A stretch of DNA of 64,000 bases from Raillietiella orientalis. Lineage: Eukaryota. Positions 49,676-61,960 of the stretch are shown piece by piece; position 1 is the first letter of the stretch; every line of letters starts with the position of its first letter. Under the pieces are notes generated by a model, which was not told the DNA's origin, searched no databases, and worked only from the letters and a program-made list of their open reading frames with translations. The stretch is taken from NCBI GenBank assembly GCA_036172245.1, contig JAYWIR010000020.1, forward strand, positions 3,286,001 to 3,350,000, read 5' to 3'. The translations under genes and the position numbers were made by a program.

Positions 49676-52600
49676 AGAGCCTCTGGCATATGCCGCTGAC
49701 CACGCATTCCGACTACCACGCTGCCATCCTCGTCCTCCCTTTTTTTTGTTTCTCTGCTACTGCCAAACTGTGTACCTGTGGTCCCAGAATAGGGCGCAAG
49801 CTCCCCAACTCGTCCAGCCTTGTGTATTAGACTGAGACGGGAGTGCGCAAGAGGTTATCCACATCGGCATGTTATGCATCATCCAATCCTCCCACATCCC
49901 CGGGATCGTAAGCAAATCTTGTTTATGTGCAAGAGCTGGGTTTCTGTCGCCCGTGGGACCTTGCCCACTTCTGTCTTTCGTCATCGTCTTTAAACCTTGT
50001 GCCTGGAGGCTTTACAAACCGCTGACATCTTCCTTTTTTTGTTCGATGTGTATTTTTTTCGGATTGGGTTCGGCCAGTTTCTCGCAGTGATGTTCCTCCT
50101 CGGTTCATGTTTGGGTGTATTCTGCTGCAGCTCCTGCACAGTACGGTACGCTTTCGCTGTCTTTGCCTCTTTAGATCCAAACACAAAAAGATTCTTGGTA
50201 GTCGTGGGTTCTGGGTAATACATGCAAAACCAGACCTGGGCACCGCTCTCGCTTCCGGAGGCGGATCCTGGAAGCCAAAAGCCCCCAGCTAAGCTCGACC
50301 GTGCCATTCAGCTGCGAATATTGACGATGCGTGTGCAAAATCAAAAACTCCGTGTGACCTCGCAATTGCAGCAGGCATTTTGACAGATTCTCTAGGCAAT
50401 GAAGATAGATCTCATCTCTGTGTCTTGACACGCACATGATCTGAACACAGAGGCAGCCCATTAAGAGTATCGCCTCTCTGTGCCTTATCTTGTTTTTGGT
50501 ATTTTCAAGGAGAGCAGTTCCGGAAAAAAAAAAAACGCTCCGGAAATGAAGCCTTAAATTGGAAAAGAGCTTCTGGCGATGAACGAGACCTAAACAGAAC
50601 TACTGGACACTTACAACAGCCAGCGAGGATACTGCTTGTCTTATCTTTGAGCTCAGAGACTCGAGAAAAGGCTGGCAAATGAGCAGTCGGTATATAGGGT
50701 TCTCCCGAAGTGCCCTATCCAAGAAAAGTTTGCATACACTCCAGTCTTAGGACTTGACAGCCATCCTATGCGAGCCATAAGATATGCCCAGTTGACACTC
50801 ATAGTAGGGAAAGATGCTAGAAAAAAAAGAGAAATGCCATCCTTTTGAAGATGTGGCAGACATACATTGGTGTTGAGTTTCGAAGAGTGAAGCTTATTCG
50901 TTAAGTTTGGAAAGTGAGCACAAGACAGTTTGCCAGCACCTTGGAGGTGCTAGGGAGCAGATCTGCCGACAGTTTGTTTCCATAAAAGGCGAACGCAGCC
51001 TGGTGGTACGGGTTGCTTTCTCCATAATCTATACTTTCCTCGTCAACAACACTGTTTTAGTGTACTTGATGCTGCATGGGAAGGATGTTTGGCATCCAGT
51101 AGCGGTGCCTCCTCTGTGCCACTTTCTTTTTGAGAATTTTACTCGCTTGAAGCTGCTCCCCAATTTTATGGATCGAGGCTTATTTAAAGAGCACCAGAGG
51201 GATTCAAATAGTCATTTTTTATAATGGCTGTACAGTTCGATCAAACAGCGAGCTCCTCGTGCAGTACAGTGTTACAGCTACCTATCTTCGGGTACCTGAT
51301 CCCAACAAGCATTCAGATAGATGCACGTGTTTGTCTCATTGTTCACAGTGAATTTACTCAAAAAAACAATCAAGCATCTTCCAAAGCAATCTCTGGAGGC
51401 CCTCACATCTTGAGGGCAACAGATTGGGCATTGCGAAGCGAAATGCCAAATCTGCAATAGTAAGAAACAGCCTACTTCCCAGTAAGGAAAAAGGCATATC
51501 TGCGGACTCCAATGGTTGCAGGACTGAAAACTGCAACCGCTCCTCCTCGTTTCCAATTCCACAAAACTGCCTCACCCACACTACTACTCAACTCAAGAAG
51601 CCGAAGCAGCACATTAGCTAGCTCACGTGGGACCAATCTCCTTCGCTCATGCTTAAGAGATTCCGAATAATGAGATCTGATCTGGGGATGCAAAACCGGA
51701 AATTCCCTAACTGAGAGATCCAAGGGAATAGTTCAGCCATTCAGCAAATGCATCCTGACTAACTAGGACCAGGAGGAGAGCAAAAGCCACAAAAGAGGGA
51801 CGGGGCTCTGAAGTAGTTCCAAACTTTATTGCTCTCAACTTACCCTCGGACTCCATCCAAATCCAATCACAAAACAGAGTTCAAGCAGCAACAGAATTTA
51901 GCTTGAGCAGCATCGCAGAGGGACTGCGAGAAAGGAAGACCACTCTCGCCTCGTACATGAACGACTCGCAGAATTCCGCGTTATCGTCGCGCGTTAGTCT
52001 CTCATCGTCCCGCTGCAGGCTTTCCAGGCCTGCAGAGAACCCACCTTCCATCACCTACAAGACCACTCCCACAACTATTGAAACTTTCGGCCGAGCAGTG
52101 TGCCGCATGCAGACCGTCTTCTCATGGCTCTGCGCCTTCGACGGGGCTTGCGAAGCTCGCTAAGTTCCCGCGGACTACCGCCAACACTTCCTCGTGCCAG
52201 GGAGAATGTTGCGATGGGAAATGTCTCTTCCTCACAAAAAGATTCGGTGTATCACACAAGTACTTTTGAGCTTTTCCATCACCACGGACGCATTCTCGTC
52301 CAATTGCGGCAGTACTGAATGCTTCTCTCTTCCAACAGTAACCCTTACCCCACAACAGAACTGCTACTGGGCCACACTATGAGCTAACAATCTGAACTGT
52401 CTGAGCTAATGAATCTGGAGTCCTACCATCGTGACGCTGTACCTCACCAGGTGGAGATCGGAGATGTGAGCACCGGGAATCACCGCCATGGCTTCGTTCA
52501 TGTGATCTCCGGCTGACCAACCAACAACACTCGTCCCAACTTTCGTCATCCTTACTGCATGAGCAAAACACCAATTGGGTTGTAAAAGTCTAAGCCCAAG

Positions 52601-53422
52601 CAAGCCTATCTTGCATCCCCACTCGGATCATCAGCAATACATGATCATCGTACCTGCACTGCAGGTGCCGTCCTTGGAAGGGTCTTGAGCTTTGCGTGGT
52701 CTCATCAAGCTTCTTGAGTTCCGACCAACGAGACTTCGACGGCATTCGATGAATCAATCAGCTGAGAGTTCTTCAAAGGAGCCCTTTAGCAATAGTTGGC
52801 CACGGTGTACAGGGCACGCTTGGCGATGTTGGCAGTTGCAAGAACCCCATGATTCGACAACACTCCAACGGATCCAGTTTGATCGCTTTGCATGCAGAGG
52901 AGAGGATAATGAGCATGACGATATGATTATGAGTTACTGTATCAAGGTACTTTGACGAGGATGGTGATTTGTAGTAATCTTTGTCTTATTTCATGTATTG
53001 GTCTTGAACGGAAGAATCATTCTGTGGGGAACTCGTTGATGACGGTGACTAATGATAGAATGGGTAATATTTATTACCATGCGGAGGCTTTGAAGATACG
53101 AATGCTCAGATTTTGAAAGCGTCAAATTCAGTTCGTTTGCAACCCCCCAAAACCCAATAACTACCGTTATTAAGAATAAAGAATGGTTCTTTTGATGTAA
53201 ATATACTGCAACACATCATCCCTTCATCTAAGTAACCCTGAGAACAATTTATTGCTGAGCTAAACTTGAGCATGCCAATGTTAATGGCACCTGTTCGGAC
53301 TCGAATTGTTCCATATAAATAAGCAATTGCTTTCCATCATTGAATACGGCATCTTTTTTATTCTACATTAAGACAGTTGGATATAATCTTTATAAGATTA
53401 GATTAATCTTTGTAGGATCTGC

Positions 53423-54106
53423 CCTTGTCAGAGGCCGTGTGGTTACGGTGGTCTCCGCGCGTGCCACCAGCAAGCGTCGTGGGTTCGAACACTCCGAAGG
53501 AATCGACGCAGTGCATTGTGGGTCCCGAGTTCACTCCACAAAATGACGCTGGCTGGCCTGCATTCATCCGGGTGCGGCACTGGTAACGGTCAAAACCGGG
53601 TGCCCCAATGAGGGCCGGGACAAATGGGAGTCGACCTCCGTGTCCTTCCAGGAATCAAGGTGTGGAAGCTCCCCTCTGGTTGTGGAGGAGAGGACCCCCC
53701 ATTCCGGGAGGGGACCTTCTACGTCGTTCTGATGGAGTAGGTATGTCGCCACCACCTCTCTAGAGAGTGCAGAGAAGCGAGCCGATCTCTTCGGGGAAGC
53801 TGCGTCCTTCTAAATTTCGGAAGCGTCCCTTCAAGTTTCTCTTCAGAGTAAACAGGAGCGAATCCCTTGCGGGGGATACCTCCGGAGAAGAAATTCCAGG
53901 ATCAGATCCTTTCCGGGTTCCCTTCATAGAAGAAAGAGTGGAGTGGACCCCTCGGGAGTCCTCTGGAGAGAATAAGGGAGGAGAATTCCCTGCTGGATTC
54001 CCCTTAGGAGACAACCAGAGTGGAGGTGATCTCCATTTCCGGGGATTCCTCCCCAGGCGTGAGAGGAACGGACTCCGAGTCCTTCCTGGATTCATAGGGC
54101 GGACCC
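53423..54106 (+). mobile_element. SINE-like repeat, copy B, with tRNA-derived (Pol III) head
   Basis: A-box-like AGGCCGTGTGG (53432-53442), hairpin ggtggt...gccacc and B-box GGTTCGAAC (53482-53490); the head resembles a tRNA-Leu/Ser 5' end (GTCAG..GGCCG.GTGGT) and T-arm (CGTGGGTTCGAA). The body is colinear with 32872-33327. Confidence 0.6.
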
Positions 54107-54649
54107 CTCCAGGGATGGCCCCTATCTTGAAGAATTACCCACCCTCGGATGGCATGGAACCGTGTCGAAGAACTGCGAAGACAGAAAAGAAGGATTCCCA
54201 TCATCCAGGGGATAAGGGGTGCTAATTCATTACCATGTCTGCGGGATTAGTAATTCATGAATGTGAAGGAAGTTAGGATTTGGTTCGTGTTAGAGATTGG
54301 CGTGAAATCTACTCGTTTGAGGTTATCTATAATCTTAGTAGTAGGAATGTAAAGTTCGATGAGGGAGTTGAAAACCGGCGTAGCACGTCAGAACAGAAAT
54401 GGTGTTCTCGAGCATTCCGTATTTCCCAGTTGTATTGGGAAGCATCAGATGAGTCACGGAAAACCCTCGAGAATGACAGGCTCTCTAAGCGGACTAGGCG
54501 GGGAAGGCAAAGAGGTGGGACAAATTCCTTCTTCTTGCCATGTTTGCATTTTGGAGTAACTTGCACATGACGGTGAATCGTCATCGATTTTTTGAACAAG
54601 CTGACGAACGAAATGCAATGAAATTATCACGCTCATTTAATGAACTGAA

Positions 54650-55350
54650 AAGCGCCTAGCTCGAACAGAATCTCCTCCGGACTTGAACAGGAAGCTGATG
54701 CTGAGCAATCTGAGGACCTCCATTGCCGAAACGAACGAGGAAGCGTGGAGGCTCTCGTGACTGAGATTGAAAAAAAATGCAACGCTGAAGCTTACACGTG
54801 CAAATCTATGCAGATGGCTGCGTACGGGAATCATGAAATATGGAAACGACGGGATCGACACAGATGCAGGTCCTACAGGAAGGCAGCATACGCGGAAATC
54901 CAATTTCATAAGCAGCAAATGCTTTTTTTGCCCAGCTTTCAATCAGCTTGATCGAGTGAGCAGTTGATGTGCACAAGTTGTCGCCTTATTTATGTTTGTT
55001 TTGCGAAGACAAACTCCATGAATGAGTGCATCTGGACCAAAGCGCATATCTTTAAGAGAATCGGCAGAGGGGAATCGACTTTCCCGAATCATGGACACTC
55101 GTGAAAGAGTTCTTGGATGCGTGCATTCACTTTCGCGGCACATAAAATGGCAGAAGCTTTTCCTTCAGACCATGCACTCAGATTGGCAAGAACGAGCAAG
55201 CGGAATTCGAAGCCTCTTGAAGATTAGAAACTTGTCAGCAGAAACGAGGCGAACCACTCATCATCATCCCCAAACTCGCGCAGTTTCAAGCTGGAATTCG
55301 GTGAAAACGACCCCCGTGTTTCACCTCTCTGCAGAAGGATCGGATTGCGC
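54650..55350 (+). mobile_element. Possible decayed APE-endonuclease region of a non-LTR element
   Basis: Scattered plus-strand peptides IAET (~54722), KRRDR (~54845) and ECIWTK (~55024) in APE-like order but in different frames; weak. Confidence 0.25.
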
Positions 55351-57690
55351 TCAAACATACCAGAATTGCCAATAGACTTCAAAAAAGTAACACAGAAACC
55401 GAAGATAAAATCAGAACTTCAGCAGAACGAGATTGGGAACCAAAGAAAGGAGTTATGGAGCTTCCATCCGGGTAATGTTAATCAGCAGTTCAAACTGTGG
55501 CAATTTTCAAATGCTCGTCCCCAGAGGTCAACAGGTAAAATTCGGGGGGCAATATATGGTTTTCTCCAAACATTAAGAGAATACTTCAAGCAGCTTAAGC
55601 AAACAGGAAGCACGATCTGCGTGAGAAGCAGCAATACCAAGAAATTGAAGATTCTTCAGCATGCCTGACAATCCATGACGATGCCTGCCGTGAGACTTTG
55701 AGAAAGCGAGAGCAAACAGTCCACGACGGGCTAAGACTGACTACTGAAGAAAGCCAAGGTAATTTTCACGCTGAGAGAGAGAAAGCAGAAACAGCTTGTG
55801 CAAAGACGAAAGTTTCCGGACTGATGAAGCTTTTTCTAGCTCCATAAATGAACGGCAGAGAGGTAAAGATGGCATTTTCGTTGCTCAAGTTGACAGGGCA
55901 GTGCTTGTGACGGGGAAAATAAAACACGAATGACTAGAGCAGGTTTGATTTCGGAAACCCGACAGTATAAGTCCATCATAAGCACTCAGAGAACTATGAG
56001 ATTAGCCGGTAGTCCAGTGCAGCTCAAGATGACTGAAAAAGTTATTTACTCCTACCTGTTGCGAGCAGTAATACACATTTCATGCTATTCAGGCGTGAAA
56101 AAAAGAATGATTGAAGAATGTAAGCAGAGAGCTGCTCGTTTCCAAGCAACATGGTATTTCTTTTGAAAAGCTATAAGAGTATTGCAAACCATCAACTTTT
56201 TTTGTTGTAATGTACTTATGGAAATAGATAGTTATGCTTTTAGCATTTCCTGCATGAAGTTTTCTGCTTCTTCTTAGAAGCTTTATTTATGAAGAAAGTT
56301 GGCTCTCAAAACGCGACATAATTTTACATTATGGAATGATCGACACCACAAATGAATTGATGAATCAAGTAAAACACGGAAACTTTCAGATTATGGGTGA
56401 ATCTGGACATAGTCTTAACATTGTATTCTCAACCGCTCGTCTCCCCTATTATGGTAAAAATTCCTTGACCTTTAGAAGCGCTGAATATTGTTCCACATTT
56501 TTAAAAATTTTGGAAGGGTTTTTTTATAATTTTACACCAAAGGCAATACGGAGGATAGTTTTCTTGATAAATTGGAAAGATTTCAAAGAAACGAATATCT
56601 TTAGGAAGTTGTCCAATGTTCCTACAGAACTTGCAGTGGAATGTTTTGATTTTTATCTGTTTTAGATCTTATAGTTATATGTTCGGAGACGATATATTCA
56701 TGAATATCTTGAATTCTGCCAAGTATACAAAAATGCTATTCTTGGTTTTCGTGTTTTTCCATTTTATTCCACTTTTAACATTTCTGGCATGAAATATATT
56801 ATTAAAACATGTGGAAGTGTGAATGCTTTCAACTGAATGGTTTTTCTCTTGCTTCCTTCCTTTCCTAAATTCGTCATTCCTCCATTATTCCTATTTATAT
56901 ATTTTAGGTTTTTCGAATAGTTTACGTAAATTACCTATACAACATTCCCAGGAAACGCAAATGAATATAGTCAATTCTAACGAATATAATCAACTCTGTC
57001 TGAAACTTTATATACGAAGTAGCTTTTAGAAAATTGATAAGAGCTGAAGGATTCAAACAATTCAAAGTTCTTAGTAAACTTAAATTATTCTACACGATAA
57101 GTACAATCTTTCTAATTAGTATTTATTATGAATATTTAGCTAAACGTGCAATCTACGTTGCTGCTGTTTTTTCAGTGAGCTAATTGTGTGCTTTCTAAGT
57201 ACATTTACTGCATTTGAATTTGAGTTTTACATTTATCCGATTCTCTCTCTCCAAACCAGTAGTAAAAAAAAAAAAGTTTTCACTTCACCTATGTCGATTG
57301 GTACCTCTGACTTGAAAGTGGCGGATATGCATTGTGGTTTTGCACAACAATCTTCTTATTTAAACAAGATTTTATAAAGGATTTGAAGTTTTGCTTGTGA
57401 CAGCGCAATCCGAAAGAATCATCCCTCGATTGCAAAATTTTTGGATTAATATCTGTAAATGTGGTGTCCGAGACTACGAAAACTACTGAATTATAAATTG
57501 TATAATGCTGTTACAATGACCCAACGCAGTACCACCATAGTAAATCAGTTTGCCCAGTATTTTCAGTTTCTGTATCAATAACGTATCAATATTTAATTTT
57601 TAGATTCAAATTTATCAATTAGATACCTGATTTGAATTTCTTAACTCTGCATGTCAACTCTAGTTGAATGTTTTGTGGTTGAGTGAGGCT

Positions 57691-58861
57691 ATGAGTTTCA
57701 TAAATCCACATGCACTCATTGAAGAAGGAGATACAGTTATAGTGTATATTAGTTTCACCAACCTACATGTGGTTGAAGTAAAGTCCAAAATTCTGAACAA
57801 ACATAATGTATACATTGAAAATGTCATGCAAACTGCCTATGGAGCCTTGAAAATAGCAGATTTAGTTGGAAAACCATATGGAAGTCGTGTCACTTTAAGT
57901 AAAGGTTGGGCATATGTTTTATATCCAACCCCAGAGCTGTGGACTCTGACACTATCGCATAGAACCCAGATTTTGTACACACCAGATATCAGCTTGATTT
58001 TAACCTACTTAGAGTTGAAACCTGGATCCAATGTATGTGAAGCAGGTTAAAAGATTTTTTATAGAAAGGAGGAATTAGGTAATATTTCAATTTAGGTACA
58101 GGAAGTGGATCCTTGACACATGCACTAGCCAGAACTGTGGCTCCAACAGGGCATGTGTACACTTTTGATTTTCACTGTGAGAGAATTCAGACAGCCAAAG
58201 AAGAGTTTGTAAAGCATGCAGTTGCGGATTTAATCACTGTTCAACAAAGGGATATATGTGTAGATGGCTTTGGATTAGAAAACATTGCAGATGCTGTGTT
58301 TTTAGATGTACCAAATCCTTGGAATGGCATCTGGACTGCCAAGGCTGCACTGAAAGTGAATGGTCAGTTTAGATGCCTGCTTTTTTATGCTTCCTTTTTT
58401 ATTGCTATAGGGATGTTTTGTTCCTTTTCTCCATGCATAGAACAAGTTCAGAAAACCTGTGCTGCACTTAGATCTTCTTACTTTCTTGATGTGAAAACAA
58501 TTGAATGTGTTCTGCGGGAATTGCAAATCAGACATATCACGCTTCCCATAGTCAATTCTGAGGTGAACATAGTATTTGTGCCATCTATAACTTATGCATT
58601 ATGTAATTCAAATGAATTCAGTGAACATTTTTGCAAGTACACAGTGATATACTTTTTCAGGAGTTGCAGGAAGAAACTTTAACTGATGCTGATGTTTCTC
58701 CTATACATACTGATACTGGGTCTGCTTGTGCAAAAAAAAGGAAAAAAAATTTCAGTGAATCTTCGCCTACAAACAAACAGATTTTTGATGCAGCAATCCC
58801 ACTTTTCAGCATGCCTGGACACACTGGATTCCTGACTTTTGCAAGACTTCATAGAAAATAA
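57691..58861 (+). CDS. TRMT61A: tRNA (adenine-58-N1)-methyltransferase catalytic subunit, 324 aa, 4 exons: 57691-58045, 58096-58362, 58411-58562, 58661-58861
   Basis: PTPELWTLTLSHRTQILYTPDIS; SAM-binding [64 protein letters not shown]. GT-AG introns; 975 nt in frame. Confidence 0.96.
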
Positions 58862-59838
58862 ACATGGGAGTGAAGTCTCAATAAGCTGATTTTTATAACT
58901 GAATGCATAAACACTTACATGATTGTAATCAATAAGGAAATTCTTGACAGAAAAATTGAACTTTTCATGCTGATGAAGTGTAACTGTTTTTGACAGTTAG
59001 AGTTGACAGTTCTGCACTGATAGTTTCTCTAACAGAAAGAAATACACTCCTAATAATTAGAATACACCGATACAATACGAGTGGTAAGATGAAAGCAATC
59101 TTCCTGATACGAATTCACTGATAATATCAAGCATCTGAATAGTTCCCAATCTTAAAAAAATCTAGTTAATGGAATTAACATGAGATATGGTTTCAATTAC
59201 TTCGGAGACTGTGAATCCAAACTGCAAGATAGATTACCAAAAAGATTGGTTTTTAAGTTCTTTATTATGATTACTAGCAATGTTACTAATGATTTTTATT
59301 TGCTTTGGTTGGCAGCAAACGCACATCATTTATCTGAAGGAATGCTAAAACAATCATATTTCTATTCAGTTTTCTTTGCTCACGGATCGAACAAATAAAA
59401 TATCAATATGAACAGTGATACATCAATGAGATTGTAACAGCAAAATTTCAGTTAACACATCAACTACCGATAAGTATAAGAGTTTTTGTATCTGATGTCA
59501 GAATACTTGAAATTGATTGAAAGCTGATTTCAACTAAAAGACTTGATCCAGAAACCCAAAATTGAAAAAACCTGTTTCACCACAGTGATTGAAGCAGAAC
59601 AAACCCTCAAGAGATAACCATAAGCAGACCATCAGTGAACTGTTTAACTGAAAACAGGGTTCAAGGATCTCATTCACTGCCAAACTAAGCACACTGCAAA
59701 AACTGTTTCATCTTCACACACTCAGGTTAAATTTCTTAGGTCTTGAAACCTTTTCCTTGGAGTTGTATTTGGAAGACACTTAGAGGAGTACTGAAGTGGT
59801 AATGAACTAAAATGGATTCTTGGATAAGAATTTTTCAT

Positions 59839-61960
59839 TTAATGTTTAACATCAGATGATGCATTGAAAGATGATTCGGAGGTTTTCACAACTCCAGCTG
59901 AATTATCTTCTACAATATATGTCAAAATATCAGTTAAATTTTCAAATTCGGTTCTTCCTTGATGATGGTCTGGTGTCAGTTTGGGTAACACAGATCCCAT
60001 TTTAATTCGAAACTCTTGCAGCTAAAACCAAATCTTGCTGTTACTGGCATGAAAAATGCCACTCACATTGTGTACTCCAAGCATTTTCCATACACAAAAA
60101 CAAAACACAGAAAATCCAGAAATGGCATAAAAGCTTCCCCATTTCAATGCACGAAAAGCAATTTTGGGTCCTGATTCCAAACAATGATCAGAAGCCATCC
60201 ACCCTTTATCAAAAGACTTTGGATCTTTCCGTTTCATAACAGCCAAAGCTGTTCCCATTCCAAACAAAGCTGACACCCCTGCCACTGATGTCATAAAACA
60301 TAATTCTAAAAACCATGCAAAAACTTCATTAGTTTCATGGAAAAATTTTTATTTTGCAAAATGTCTACAATTAATCATACATGGGGTTATTGATACTAAA
60401 TGTCAAAATAGTTGCACAAATCCTATTATTTTAAGCAAAATGCACGGCACTTTAATATCCAATATCTCAAAATCACACATTATTAATGCAAAAACGTTTT
60501 CATAGGGCACAATAAGGTGGTGGCTTACTATGATCATCTAGAAGTTTAATTTATAAGATATTCAAAATTTTTTGAATTTGATGTTGGAATTTAAAAACAT
60601 GTGAAAGCACAGATATGCATACTACTCTGTTAATGACAGCCATGCTTACATAGTTTTTCTCATCTAATTAACTGTTAAATTATTCTGGAACGTTCATATC
60701 ACATATCCTATTCTTGTTATCTGAAATAACTGAACACACTGCTAATTCATTCCATGAAATTTGATTGCAGGGCTGGAAATCCATGATCTAACTGGTGGCT
60801 ACTTCTGTTTGTGTTTGCAGTATCTTACTTATGATACAAATTTCAACTATATTGCCAACAGCAGGCAATAATATAGAAGAAAAATAATTATGGATGCAAC
60901 ATGACTGAATTACTTTAAACCGCACAATGAAATTTTTTGCTTTATTAGAAAAGTAAACACTAACACTACATGATTAAAAAGGGTGCCTACACGTTTGAAT
61001 AAATATAATATAAATAATATAAATATAATCGTATTCAGTTGTAAACACAATGGTAACGTTTCCTCAATGTATGGTTGCATGAAGAGTTCCTTTCAGCTTG
61101 TTTATCCAACAGAATGAATCTATTCCCTGAATGTTTTAAAACGATTGTTTACACAAGTCACACAATGGTGCATTCCTCAGTAGCCACACTATTCTTTTCG
61201 TTTCAATATTCTTCAGTATTTTAAGTTTTATCTTTATTACACTATAATGGAATTGTAATTAATAATTTTGGAATGGTACTTACAACAAAAAATTCATGAT
61301 ATTACAAATAATTATGCATTTACTATTCTTTTTTTTTACATGTATTTCTGCTGTTTGGTGAATAAGTTAGTATCTCCTGCACTGACCTGTCACAAACACG
61401 GCAAAGTGTACGTAAAATCGGTGAAGAAGAGATCGCATTCAATACATACATACATAGAATGAGATGTGTATAGAACACATCGTACACACGTTTTGTATAC
61501 ATGTATATGTCCTCTGAATATAAGCAATTGTTCTGTGTTTGTTCTTCAAACTTGGGTATACGGATGCGCTAAGGATTTACGATTACAAAAGTGCAAAGCA
61601 TCAGCATAATTATCGGTACAGAAATAAAAACATAAAGGGGCACTCCAAAATTGTCTATGGGGCTACTTTCAAACCGAGGGAACTCGAGGGCTACAATAAT
61701 ATTTCCTAGGACAACAAATTTTCAATGATGGAAATCCTTTCGGGCCGAGTTTTTTGAATACTATGGGCAGTTGTGCGAAACGAAACATCAAGGGAATTCA
61801 CTCACCAACACAACTTTAATGACACCAGTTGAGATCATACCCAGTATACAATGAACGTACTTGAAAATTTTACGGTTTCAGTTGCAGTATCAAGCAATTT
61901 ACCTTTCAGTTTGGCAAAGGGAAGAACCGTATGAACTTCCCGAGGATTCGATGACATCAT
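59839..61960 (-). CDS. TMEM242: Transmembrane protein 242 homolog (mitochondrial), 159 aa, 3 exons: 61960-61903, 60305-60067, 60021-59839
   Basis: VAGVSALFGMGTALAVMKRKDPKSFDKG; LESGPKIAFRALKWGSFYA; WKMLGVHN-LQEFRIKMGSVLPKL; GRTEFENLTD. Exon 1 (MMSSNPREVHTVLPFAKLK, AAAG|GTAAAT) is phase-compatible but less certain than exons 2-3. Confidence 0.85.

Noticed and set aside
53423..53500. Functional tRNA gene
   Set aside because: Acceptor and T stems pair poorly, the anticodon-like loop is oversized and there is no downstream oligo-T terminator; treated as a SINE head.
55800..55835. Hammerhead-like cores (CGAAA...CTGATGA)
   Set aside because: Only 9 nt separate the cores, too few for the two required helices, and stem II does not pair.
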